IMG/VR virus record: IMGVR_UViG_3300015615_000196
Location: 96,001 to 160,000 of that record
Strand: one strand, 5' to 3'
Source of the DNA: a virus
Lineage: Duplodnaviria > Caudoviricetes
DNA: 64,000 nt
The notes under the pieces were generated by a model. It did no database searches. It worked only from the letters and a program-made list of their open reading frames with translations, and was not told the origin of the DNA. This document shows positions 24,091 to 33,895 of this stretch, in pieces. The first letter of the stretch is position 1; every line of letters starts with the position of its first letter. A program made the position numbers and the translations under genes.

Positions 24091-27000
24091 TTATGGCTTT
24101 ACAAAAATCTTATTCAAGTCATTGCTTAACGGTGCGTTTGACGGGAATGCACTGTCATTCGGATTACCCGAAAGCGTACTACCAACATTGAATGTATCTG
24201 AGTTACCACCAGTTAATCCTGCTGCACTGTAGAAGTCAGTTACCAACGGATTAGGATTTGATCTAACCTTCACACCCATGAATTTTGTCTTCATGTTGTT
24301 TGGTACAACCGTATGCTCCACACCCAAAATAATGTATGCTCCATTGAATAACGGAACATTTTCAAGAATGAAATATTCCGTAGGCTGGATCATCATATTA
24401 CCCATTGCTTCTACTGTACAGCTATAGCTTCTTTGTTCATAGGTTGAATACAAATTCTGACCTTTTGGAACAGGTGAAGACGTGCTTTGGTCTTGTGCTA
24501 TTTCAGATAAGATTGCCAAACTTTCGTTTGTCTCTTTATGCTCGTTTGTATCAAGGTCGATGCTCTTGAACATCGTCTGATTTTGTTTTGCAAACGAAAC
24601 CTTAAATCCTCTTACTGCATTATTATTGAAGTCATCTGCATTAACCAAATCATTTTCACTTCTAAATCCATCATTTTCGAAATCGCTCAACGGGTCATCC
24701 AATTGTGAAGCTGTACCACCAATGTACATACATACGAAGGCAGGTGATTCGTTGTGAATCAAATCTCTCGAACTACCGTATGGTTTAAATGAATTGATCC
24801 ACTGGTCATCTTTGAATGACAAGAAGTTTTGCAACGGGAAGAATTCGAATCCATTCAACGCAAGGATTCTTGTCATCACACTAAAGACACTCACATCATA
24901 GTCTTGTGACATTTCAATGATTGGTCTGAAATCAATCATAACCTTATCACCGATGTCGTTAAAGAATCGATCCACGAACATGAATTGATCAATTAATCTT
25001 GTACCACTACCACCATAAACGCCTGTTTGATCTACCCCGTTTACCCACTTGTCAGCAATTGCTTTGAATGAGTAATAAATCTGGTTACGAATATCTGGAT
25101 CACTGGTTGTTTCTCTGAACTTAGTTTCCTGTTCAACCACATCCTTTCTCTTTGCCTCACATAACTTATTTACCTTTTTCAAAAAAGTATTGAAGAACGT
25201 AGCATTGACACGTTTGTTAAATGAACTATCTGCATTAAGTGTTTTCAAAGGAACAAAGTTCTTCTTCGAGACCTTGTTGGTTGTATCTGTCGTATCAGCA
25301 GGAAAGAATGTGGTTTCTGTGTAATTCAACAAGTAACGTCTTCTCAAAAGTTTTTGGAGAATGAAACTGAAATCATTTCCACCTTCAAGTTTCGGATCGG
25401 GTTCGAGTCTTGCTTCATACATGTCTTCTCTATCACCTGAATCGACATCAGTTGATGGACTCACTTGATTAATCATGTCGATGATCGACTGCTTGATAAA
25501 AGTAAATCCTTCTGGTGTCTGATCTCTTAAATATGTCTGTGCTTCTTTCAAAAGATTGGTCGCATCAGTAAGTGAGATTTGACTGATGTACGTTGCATAT
25601 GGTTCGAATGGTGCTCGATCAAATGTTACACCGTATACACTCTTCGAACGTGCAATTGATGCAATCGTCTCAGGAGGTAAATTCGGTGCGAATGAATTAT
25701 GGAAGAAGTATGCGTACATACCCATATTCAAATGAGCAAAGAATGGCACTTCAATGTATGCCGGGAACGCAAACTTTGTGTTGACCGAAACAAATGAGTT
25801 GCTGTTGTTTCCTTGGTGGAAATACGTCAACGCACCACAAAAGTTAATTAAGATATAGAACAATTTACAGTCATCAGTAATGAGAGGATCGGTTAAATAT
25901 GCCAACACTTTTCTATCGTAATAAACATTTGTACGACCATCACTTGATGCACGACCAAGGAACTGTACGAATCTATCGAGCAAATTGTTGTCTTTGGTTA
26001 CAACGCCAAATACGTTGTTGTTACCAATGAAGTCACTATCGTATTTTGTGTCTTGTGCTGCTTCATCAAAAATGTATGGAATGTTATTCTTTGCGAACGT
26101 ATCGAATCCGTGCTTGTCGAAAAGAAGAGTCTTGAAGAAACCTTGGCTACCAACATCATTGATGAAAGTATCTACCATGTTTTCTTCGCCATCCGATTCA
26201 TTATTGCTTGCAGAAGTTGCTTCGTGTCTTAAAACTGGTTGTTCGTCTACAATATCAAAACCAACGAAATTTGGATTGGTACGATCTTTTGAAACCTTCT
26301 CCCCGTTCAATAACAAGTAGTTTACACCACCATCTATCTGATCTGAGAATGAAGAGTAATGTGGTGAATTCTGTTCAAAGAACTGATAGAGCATGTTCTT
26401 CGAATCATCCTTTTCGTTTACTGTCGCAACCCAATTTTGTACTTGAATCTGGAATGAATCAAGGAGATTTAAATCTTGAATACTGTTGACAAGGTTTACC
26501 GCTTCGGCTTCTGCAACAAAACGAATAAGTGCTGTGTTCTTGTCTTCGAAGATGTCAGTGGTTGCATTTACCACTGTGAAAGCAACACCAAAGAATGATT
26601 GTAAGAAATCTTTTGCAACCGCTCCATCTTCTTGATAGAACAAGAAACCGTAGCTATACTGACTACCAACATAGAATCGGTTAAGCACCTCATTCATAAT
26701 TTGAGGAATGTTTGTTAAACGATTGTATGGCGATTCGGTAGTTCTGTTTCCTACAGACGAGTCAATTGGGTTAATTGGAATCCAGATGTTGTTACCGTCC
26801 GCATCAATACTTTCCTTCATGTTTTCATTGGTTTGAATCTTTACAAGTTTTGTAAAGGTTTCAATGAAGGTCTCCACGAAATCAACTTCCGGGAAATTCA
26901 TATTGTCAAGACCAACATTCGGATCACCCGGATATGCTCTTTCTCTTCTCTTGATCGTCTTACCGTTTTCGTCAGTAACCAATTTCTGGTTTAACACCAA

Positions 27001-28557
27001 CGGGAATGCAGCAATTGATTTGGTTGTGTCTTTTCTCTTTGAATTGTTGTTCTCCAAGATTCTTCTCATGTCAGCATTTACTTGGTGTGCCTTCTCAGCA
27101 TCGTTACAAACGCTTCTTAATTTCTGGAAGAAGGTTTCAATGTCATTAGCAAACACCTCAAAAATATTTCTGATCGTAGGCAACGCTCCAATCTTCTGAA
27201 CCGTAAGGTCGTTCACCTTTGCTCGTAATGCTGTTTGTTTTGTGGTATAGTCTTCTTCCTGTGCCACAATTCTCTTTCTCAAAGAAGTGTAGAAGTCAGT
27301 TACATCCAGTCCAACATATCGTTTACCTTTGTTGGGTGGGAGTTGGTTAAATCCGTAGTATTTGATTGCACCATCATTTTTGGCAAGAGTATTGTCAACG
27401 GTCTTTGCTTGGTTTAAGAAGTTGTTCTTCAAGACCGTGAACGTATCATTGATTGAATCTTTCTTATTCTGATCAACGGCCAAGTTTTCATCGTACTCGT
27501 ACAAAATCATTATACGATCATCCTGTGCAGCATTATTCACACCATCTGCACTTGAAAGACGTAATTTGTTCGCATAGACGTTTACAGTTCTTACCTTCGA
27601 AGCAATGTTCGAGTCGTTTACATTGGTCTGCTGACCTTGTGTTGTAATGTGTGCATTTGGCAGAGTAAACAAATACGTTCCGACATTGTTTGAAACATCG
27701 GTCTTTGTCCCTACGATAATGGAATAGTTGTCAAGGTTATCAATCACAGACTGAATCTGTGTTGAGTATTCCTTTATCTTATTCAAGTCATTTGCGTCCT
27801 TAGAATCGGTTTTCAACTTATCAAGACTATCGTACAGTTTCTTGGCTCTGGTGATTAACTCTCTGGTGTTACGTGGCTTACTTGAAAGATCAAGATCAAC
27901 GCCAGTTACTTCCGGTGTTTCCAAGTTGATGTTTTCATCCATCAACGGAACAATGTCAATGTACTTGAACAGTATGTCAGTTAATGCTGCAAATCGTTGT
28001 CCAACGAAACTACAGGTGATTACATAGTTACCCGTGTTCGCATCGAAACGAGTAGATTGCTTCAACATATGAAGACTGTAGTTTGCAGCCTTACCGTAGT
28101 ATCCTTTAAGAGTCAAATTGAAAATTGGTGGCGGGAAGCTGTACAATACCGAGTACTTGCTTTTTGTACCAAGAGTAATCAACGACAAACCTCTGATGTC
28201 AACGAATTGAATTTCAACTTCTGGAACATAGCTGGCATTCATCTTGAATGTAATCTGTGAGATACCGAATCCTTCAAAAGGAGTCTCACCAGTGTTATCC
28301 AAGCTATTTGTCCAACGAGTAGTGTACTGGTTGGTGTCCGGGTCAAAACCCATCAAATTAATATTGATAGAATCGTTCTCCGTTCCGATGGCACTGATTT
28401 TACCCACGCCTTCGGTTACGATCACACTTGACCCTCTTCTCTTCGCGGTAAGTTCTGCGAAGATGAACATTTCAGAGTAATCAGGTGCTGCGTTCAACCC
28501 CAAGTTGATTAACGGTTGTGGGGCAATTCCATCATTTGGATCAATAATATTCGCCAT
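24091..28557 (-). CDS. large baseplate hub / tail protein
   Basis: 1488 aa; FGISQI..IQFVDIRG N-terminus and CTVEAMGNMMIQP..NGAYIILGVEH C-terminus resembling hub proteins; adjacent to lysin. Confidence 0.6.
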   Translation of the reverse strand: MANIIDPNDGIAPQPLINLGLNAAPDYSEMFIFAELTAKRRGSSVIVTEGVGKISAIGTENDSININLMGFDPDTNQYTTRWTNSLDNTGETPFEGFGISQITFKMNASYVPEVEIQFVDIRGLSLITLGTKSKYSVLYSFPPPIFNLTLKGYYGKAANYSLHMLKQSTRFDANTGNYVITCSFVGQRFAALTDILFKYIDIVPLMDENINLETPEVTGVDLDLSSKPRNTRELITRAKKLYDSLDKLKTDSKDANDLNKIKEYSTQIQSVIDNLDNYSIIVGTKTDVSNNVGTYLFTLPNAHITTQGQQTNVNDSNIASKVRTVNVYANKLRLSSADGVNNAAQDDRIMILYEYDENLAVDQNKKDSINDTFTVLKNNFLNQAKTVDNTLAKNDGAIKYYGFNQLPPNKGKRYVGLDVTDFYTSLRKRIVAQEEDYTTKQTALRAKVNDLTVQKIGALPTIRNIFEVFANDIETFFQKLRSVCNDAEKAHQVNADMRRILENNNSKRKDTTKSIAAFPLVLNQKLVTDENGKTIKRRERAYPGDPNVGLDNMNFPEVDFVETFIETFTKLVKIQTNENMKESIDADGNNIWIPINPIDSSVGNRTTESPYNRLTNIPQIMNEVLNRFYVGSQYSYGFLFYQEDGAVAKDFLQSFFGVAFTVVNATTDIFEDKNTALIRFVAEAEAVNLVNSIQDLNLLDSFQIQVQNWVATVNEKDDSKNMLYQFFEQNSPHYSSFSDQIDGGVNYLLLNGEKVSKDRTNPNFVGFDIVDEQPVLRHEATSASNNESDGEENMVDTFINDVGSQGFFKTLLFDKHGFDTFAKNNIPYIFDEAAQDTKYDSDFIGNNNVFGVVTKDNNLLDRFVQFLGRASSDGRTNVYYDRKVLAYLTDPLITDDCKLFYILINFCGALTYFHQGNNSNSFVSVNTKFAFPAYIEVPFFAHLNMGMYAYFFHNSFAPNLPPETIASIARSKSVYGVTFDRAPFEPYATYISQISLTDATNLLKEAQTYLRDQTPEGFTFIKQSIIDMINQVSPSTDVDSGDREDMYEARLEPDPKLEGGNDFSFILQKLLRRRYLLNYTETTFFPADTTDTTNKVSKKNFVPLKTLNADSSFNKRVNATFFNTFLKKVNKLCEAKRKDVVEQETKFRETTSDPDIRNQIYYSFKAIADKWVNGVDQTGVYGGSGTRLIDQFMFVDRFFNDIGDKVMIDFRPIIEMSQDYDVSVFSVMTRILALNGFEFFPLQNFLSFKDDQWINSFKPYGSSRDLIHNESPAFVCMYIGGTASQLDDPLSDFENDGFRSENDLVNADDFNNNAVRGFKVSFAKQNQTMFKSIDLDTNEHKETNESLAILSEIAQDQSTSSPVPKGQNLYSTYEQRSYSCTVEAMGNMMIQPTEYFILENVPLFNGAYIILGVEHTVVPNNMKTKFMGVKVRSNPNPLVTDFYSAAGLTGGNSDTFNVGSTLSGNPNDSAFPSNAPLSNDLNKIFVKP

Positions 28558-28640
28558 AGAGATATGTAGATAAATAGTAATTGTGGGTTTTTCAACTATT
28601 TATTGGTGAACTCATTCTACACCAGAATTCAAAGAAAAAG

Positions 28641-29375
28641 ATGTCAAAAGCACGTAGTTTACACGAAGGAAAAATATTAGGGAGGGGAGAAACCGGATTC
28701 GGTTTGTTGATCGAGAATGATGCAGGATACATTGATGCTGCATTGAACACGGAGTTGATCAAGAAACTTGTAACCGAAGGATACCAAATCAAAGATAATG
28801 AACCAGTACTTGTAAACTGCATTCTTCAAAAATGGGGTGTAAAAAACAAGAATGGTCGTATCTATCCAAAGGACGTTTTAGTGCCGGAGGTGAATCGTTA
28901 TATGGAGTTGGTTACAATCAACTCAGCAATTTCAGAAGCAGACCATCCTGAAAGTTCGGTCGTATCATTGTTGAACGTTGCACATCGTATCACAAAGATG
29001 TGGTGGGGTAGCGGAGAGAACTCAAACATTTTATACGGTACTCTCGAAATCATTACATCACCCGGCTATCAAAAGATGGGTATCTGTAGTATGATCGGAG
29101 ACAAGATCGTAGAGTACTTGAAACGTAATATACGATTGGGTATTTCAAGCAGAGGATTAGGAACATTGGCCAAGAATGACGATGGAGATAACATCGTACA
29201 GAAGGACTTTGAACTGGTATGCTTTGACTTGGTTGCTTCTCCGAGCACTCCGGGAGCGTATTTATTTCCAGAGGAAAACCCATCAACAATGGGTGAAAGT
29301 AAAGAAAACAAAGAAGGTTTGATCCTTACCGAGAGATATAAAAGGATCATGGGTAAGATGGACAGATTTCTTTAA
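28641..29375 (+). CDS. prohead core protease (T4 gp21-like)
   Basis: NKNGRIYP, SEADHP, GISSRGLG, FDLVASPSTPGA motifs. Confidence 0.95.
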   Translation: MSKARSLHEGKILGRGETGFGLLIENDAGYIDAALNTELIKKLVTEGYQIKDNEPVLVNCILQKWGVKNKNGRIYPKDVLVPEVNRYMELVTINSAISEADHPESSVVSLLNVAHRITKMWWGSGENSNILYGTLEIITSPGYQKMGICSMIGDKIVEYLKRNIRLGISSRGLGTLAKNDDGDNIVQKDFELVCFDLVASPSTPGAYLFPEENPSTMGESKENKEGLILTERYKRIMGKMDRFL

Positions 29376-29467
29376 GTATAGGCTTTTTTTATAGGCGACT
29401 GTAAAAAACTATACTTTTCGAAAAAAGACCTGTATTTATTATTAACCAAAAACAAATTAAATTTTGT

Positions 29468-30979
29468 ATGGCAAAAGAAGAAAAAGAAAAGTCAGCAAAT
29501 AAGTCAGTATTCGACAAGGCTATGATTGAATATACTCAGATCGTTGAGGTAGCCAAGAAGAAACTTGCCGAAGGTCATTCGAAAGAACTTGACGAGTTAT
29601 TTGCAAAACTTCTTAATGAAAACTTATCACTTAGCCAAGAACCAGAAATGGTAAAAGAAGAGTCTCAGTCTACAGAGACGAAAGTTGAAGAGTCTGCAAC
29701 CGCAGATAAACCGGAGGCGATCAATATGAAAGAAGCCTCTATGAAAGAAATTGAAGAAGCATTCGATGCTGCAAGTGATGAAGATGAATTCAAAGTTGTA
29801 AAGACCGATGACAACGCCAACGGTAATTTCTCACTTCAAGATATTGAAGGTGAGATTTCGGAAGTGATGTCGGAGATCGAAGCAGCCGAGAATGCTCAAC
29901 AAGTAGACCCTTCGGCTCAAGCTGCACCAGCAGTAGTTGAGGAAGACAATCTAACTAAACTCAAAAAAGTTCACGAACAAATGGGACAAATGATCGAAGC
30001 AATGGAAGGCGAGAAAAGCGACCTTGCGTTAAAAGAAGCATTTCATGCAAAAATGAATGAAATGATGGGCCAAGGTTACGAAGAAAAAATCGGTGTTGCT
30101 GAATGCATGAAAATGTATGAAACCTTCAAAGCTAAAAGCGGAGAAGATGCAGCAGCAGCGAAAAAATCAGCCGAAGCCGCTCCGGTAAATGAAACCAGTG
30201 ACGGTAAAACCTTTATGCCTAATTCAGGCGTAGCAGGTACTCACAACCCGAACAGTGCAGCAGGTGGGGGAGCATTCCCAAGCACCGCAAAGCCAGCCGA
30301 AAAGCAGCTTGACAAAGCAACTGTAAAGGAAAACGAATTACCAGCAGCCGTAGCAGCACCTGCTGCACCAGCAGTATCAGAAACTCACGGTGTAGGTTTG
30401 TCTGCAAACAAGTTAGTTAGTGGAACCGAAACCCCTCGTGTTGAACACAAGGATTACGCGAAGAACAAAGTAAGATTGGCTTTGCAGAAGGAAGGCGTGG
30501 ATAAGTTAAAGAACCGTATCAACTCATTAGTCAACGAGAATTTTGAATTGACGAAGGGCGCAAACAAGGCAAAAGAGACTTTGAAAGAAATGACAAAGAT
30601 CAATGAGTCTTACAAAGTAGCCATCGACAAGTACAGAAAACAACTTAACGAAATGGCGTTGGTATCAGCAAGCATCGCGAATGTAAACAACATCTTAGTA
30701 AATGAAAGTCTCGCACTTTCATTCGAAGACAAGAAGAAAATCGTAGAGGCTTTCAAGGCAGTGAAAACTGTTGAAGAATCAGAGACCACCTATAAGAAGA
30801 TTATCAAGGAGTACTCAGAGGAAAAGAAAACGATCAAAGAAAGTGTAGAGCAGAAACTCAATACTACCGTAATCGAAAACTCTTCATCAGAAGAAGTGAA
30901 GAACGGTGTTGAAGGTAACGCTCTCAACGAACATGTTGAAAAAATCAAAAGACTTTCAACATATACGTCAAAAAAATAA
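29468..30979 (+). CDS. prohead scaffolding protein (gp22-like by position)
   Basis: Acidic coiled-coil ORF between protease and major capsid protein. Confidence 0.75.
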   Translation: MAKEEKEKSANKSVFDKAMIEYTQIVEVAKKKLAEGHSKELDELFAKLLNENLSLSQEPEMVKEESQSTETKVEESATADKPEAINMKEASMKEIEEAFDAASDEDEFKVVKTDDNANGNFSLQDIEGEISEVMSEIEAAENAQQVDPSAQAAPAVVEEDNLTKLKKVHEQMGQMIEAMEGEKSDLALKEAFHAKMNEMMGQGYEEKIGVAECMKMYETFKAKSGEDAAAAKKSAEAAPVNETSDGKTFMPNSGVAGTHNPNSAAGGGAFPSTAKPAEKQLDKATVKENELPAAVAAPAAPAVSETHGVGLSANKLVSGTETPRVEHKDYAKNKVRLALQKEGVDKLKNRINSLVNENFELTKGANKAKETLKEMTKINESYKVAIDKYRKQLNEMALVSASIANVNNILVNESLALSFEDKKKIVEAFKAVKTVEESETTYKKIIKEYSEEKKTIKESVEQKLNTTVIENSSSEEVKNGVEGNALNEHVEKIKRLSTYTSKK

Positions 30980-31014
30980 AAAGAAATAACCCAAAACCAA
31001 AAACCATTTAAAAA

Positions 31015-32673
31015 ATGAGTCTTTTATTAGAAAGCACCGAAGTAGGTAACATCGGTCTTAAACAATTGAGAGAGCAAAGAGAACTTACTACCCAAAGATG
31101 GGAAAAAGTAGGTCTTTTGGAAGGTCTTGAAGGTAACACCAAAGAGAACTGTGCCCTTTTATTTGAAAACCAATTATCATGGATGCAATTGAACGAATCA
31201 ACTGATTCAGCATCAAGCGGTCAGTTCGAAACCGTTGCATTCCCGGTAATTCGTAGAGTGTTCGCTAAGTTACTCGCGAACGAAATCGTGTCAGTTCAAG
31301 CATTGAACTTGCCTATCGGTAAGTTGTACTACATCAATCCTAAGATTTCTGTACGTACATCTGCAAACGCACACACATCACCTGATGGCGCATACAGCAA
31401 CGCAGCTACTTTGGCTCCGGGTACTGGTACGCAATTCGAAACTCGTTCATTGTATGATGCGTTCTACGCTTCTTCATACAGCGATGAAGGAACTGGATTG
31501 TTTGACAGAAACAAGGGCAAATTTACCATCGCGTCTGGTGCAACCTCTAACTCAGGTTACACTGCTGGTGACAAGCAAATCGAAGTAAAAATCGCTGGCT
31601 TTGTTACCACAAACCAAGGTAAACTTGTCGGCCCTCAAGGGGTTCCGATGGATACCGAAGCATTCCTTGCTTCATTGGTAATCAATAACACAGTTGCACT
31701 TGTTGCACCTGCTCCTTACGGTTCAGCATCATTGCCAATCGGCTCTTCAATGCAGTACCACGTTAAGGTTCAGAAGTACGGCCAAGCAATCGTAGACAGA
31801 ACAGGTAAAATCACTCTTGTGATCGACCTTTCATTCGGTGGAACAAACGGCTACCAAGCCTTCACCGCAGCTACGACTCCTGCTTTCACCTTCCAGTACA
31901 GAGTTTACTCTGACCTTGAAGAAGATAGCGAAATGGCAGAAGTTACCTTCGGTCTTGACGAAGTAACGGTTTCAGTTGAGCCTCGTAAAATGAGAGCACA
32001 ATGGACTCCTGAACTTGCACAAGACGTGTCAGCGTTCCACAACATTGACGCAGAAGCAGAATTGACTGCCTTGTTATCTGAGCAAATGGCTGCTGAAATC
32101 GACCGTGAAATCCTTCGTGATTTGCGTAGAGGTGCAGCGTGGGTAACCCGTTGGGACTACGATGGTCTCCGTAAGCAATCAACTAACTACTACGGTACTC
32201 AAAAGGACTGGAACCAGACCTTGATTACCAAGATCAACCAGATCAGTGCACAAATCCACAAGTCAACTCTTCGTGGTGGCGCATCATGGGTAGTAGTATC
32301 ACCTGAAATCAGTGCTGTTCTTGATGACTTAGAATACTTCCACGTATCTAACGCATCACCTGAGCAGGACAAGTACAACATGGGTATCGAAAAGATTGGT
32401 GTGTTGTCAGGCCGTTACCAAGTGTACCGTGACCCGTATGCACCAGCAAACACCATGTTGGTTGGTCACAAGGGTTCTTCAATCCTTGAAAGCGGTTACA
32501 TCTACGCACCATACGTGCCGATGCAATTGACCCCGGTTATGTACAATCCGTTCGACTTCAAGCCGATCAGAGGTATCATGACTCGTTACGCGAAGAAGTT
32601 CATCTTAAACCGTTACTACGGTAAGATTCTTTGCGATGGCTTGACCACGTTCGGTATCGGTGACTTGATGTAA
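31015..32673 (+). CDS. major capsid protein (T4 gp23-like)
   Basis: PVIRRVF, RKMRAQWTPELAQD, EIDREI, YAPYVP, PIRGIMTRYA motifs. Confidence 0.98.
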   Translation: MSLLLESTEVGNIGLKQLREQRELTTQRWEKVGLLEGLEGNTKENCALLFENQLSWMQLNESTDSASSGQFETVAFPVIRRVFAKLLANEIVSVQALNLPIGKLYYINPKISVRTSANAHTSPDGAYSNAATLAPGTGTQFETRSLYDAFYASSYSDEGTGLFDRNKGKFTIASGATSNSGYTAGDKQIEVKIAGFVTTNQGKLVGPQGVPMDTEAFLASLVINNTVALVAPAPYGSASLPIGSSMQYHVKVQKYGQAIVDRTGKITLVIDLSFGGTNGYQAFTAATTPAFTFQYRVYSDLEEDSEMAEVTFGLDEVTVSVEPRKMRAQWTPELAQDVSAFHNIDAEAELTALLSEQMAAEIDREILRDLRRGAAWVTRWDYDGLRKQSTNYYGTQKDWNQTLITKINQISAQIHKSTLRGGASWVVVSPEISAVLDDLEYFHVSNASPEQDKYNMGIEKIGVLSGRYQVYRDPYAPANTMLVGHKGSSILESGYIYAPYVPMQLTPVMYNPFDFKPIRGIMTRYAKKFILNRYYGKILCDGLTTFGIGDLM

Positions 32674-32692
32674 TAGTTAAGTAAACTAAATC

Positions 32693-32726
32693 AAAATGGG
32701 TTGTGAAAACAACCCATTTTTTTTTG
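32693..32726 (+). terminator. intrinsic terminator after capsid gene
   Basis: AAAATGGGTTG-TGAAAA-CAACCCATTTT plus T-run. Confidence 0.85.
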
Positions 32727-32771
32727 TCCTCTCAGCCAGAAAAAAGTATTTATAGGTGTAGAAAACTAAAT

Positions 32772-33080
32772 ATGCTTTTAAATTACATTTACTCATTTGT
32801 GTTGTCATTTGCAATGTCATTCGTGACACTTCTTCAAACGGTTGAAGGTATCGATGCTGGCGAAGCTATCAATAGCTTGCGTCAGAATAATGCCGTTGTC
32901 GGTATTCTCTACTTCATAGTAGTGGTAGAGGCTACTGTCATCGTAATCCTTTGGAGAAACGTGAACAACTTACAAAAGGAACGTGTAGAAGACCTCAAAG
33001 CACGACTACAGTCGGAAGAGGACTTGAGAAAAGAAATTCAGGAAGTATACGCTAAACTAAATCTTGAAAAGAAACGCTAA
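32772..33080 (+). CDS. small membrane protein, holin candidate
   Basis: Two hydrophobic segments, charged C-terminus; late motif at 32746. Confidence 0.5.
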   Translation: MLLNYIYSFVLSFAMSFVTLLQTVEGIDAGEAINSLRQNNAVVGILYFIVVVEATVIVILWRNVNNLQKERVEDLKARLQSEEDLRKEIQEVYAKLNLEKKR

Positions 33081-33084
33081 ACCA

Positions 33085-33477
33085 ATGGGCACATTATCAA
33101 CAGACGAAAAATCAAATATCTGGACAAAGATCGGAATGATCGGGTTCATGTTTTTCATAATTGTATTCGTATCATTCAGTTCATGGATTTACTTCAACAA
33201 CAATAATAACGTTGCAATCCGTATTCAAACGGACAATGAAGTAAACAAAGAAAAGACTGCGGTTAATGAGGCTCTTACAAAAACGCTCGTATTAAAAAAC
33301 GATAGTATTACATCGTACAAGACGGAAGTGAAAAAGAAGGATAGTCTTCTTATCAATGAAATCAAGTACTTCAAACAGGAATTAGAAAAGGAAAAACATG
33401 AAAAAGATTCTCTTGTTAATATTCTTCGTCATTTTAAGCAAAGCGACATTCAGCCAGTCAGAAAATCAACCAATTAA
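33085..33477 (+). CDS. single-TM coiled-coil protein, i-spanin candidate
   Basis: N-terminal TM then coiled coil; overlaps next gene. Confidence 0.45.
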   Translation: MGTLSTDEKSNIWTKIGMIGFMFFIIVFVSFSSWIYFNNNNNVAIRIQTDNEVNKEKTAVNEALTKTLVLKNDSITSYKTEVKKKDSLLINEIKYFKQELEKEKHEKDSLVNILRHFKQSDIQPVRKSTN

Positions 33478-33895
33478 CAACGACACGGGTGATCTAATCA
33501 TCATGACCAAAGCAAAGCACGAAGCCTTGCGCAGGGACATCGAAGATTACAAGATACTGCTGATCAAGTACCAAAGTCTTAGAATCGAACAAGAAACTCT
33601 TGCTGCTGATTTAGATCGCCAATCAAAGTTATTGGAGTCTAAAGCAGAAAACTTAGAGGCTTCTCGAAAGCGTATTGAGTTTCTTGAAAGTGAAATCAAT
33701 ACTCTCCGTATTCAAATCGAACAACAACAAAAGAAGATCACGGAAATGGATGCCGTGTACAAAAACATCTACCGCAACTACTACGCTGAAAAAGCAAAGG
33801 TATACAGGATGCAAAAAGGACAAGCCAATCTGCGTGTGTGGCAAGGTGCTGCCTTATTCTTTTTCTTCGCAATGTTAATTGTTGGGAGTCAGTAA
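33398..33895 (+). CDS. signal-peptide coiled-coil protein with C-terminal hydrophobic segment
   Basis: MKKILLLIFFVILSKATFSQ; heptad-rich middle; VWQGAALFFFFAMLIV. Confidence 0.6.
   Translation: MKKILLLIFFVILSKATFSQSENQPINNDTGDLIIMTKAKHEALRRDIEDYKILLIKYQSLRIEQETLAADLDRQSKLLESKAENLEASRKRIEFLESEINTLRIQIEQQQKKITEMDAVYKNIYRNYYAEKAKVYRMQKGQANLRVWQGAALFFFFAMLIVGSQ

Noticed and set aside
17741-32673. Introns or inteins in terminase, portal or capsid genes
   Set aside because: ORFs are continuous with motifs in the expected order and no intein terminal signatures were seen.
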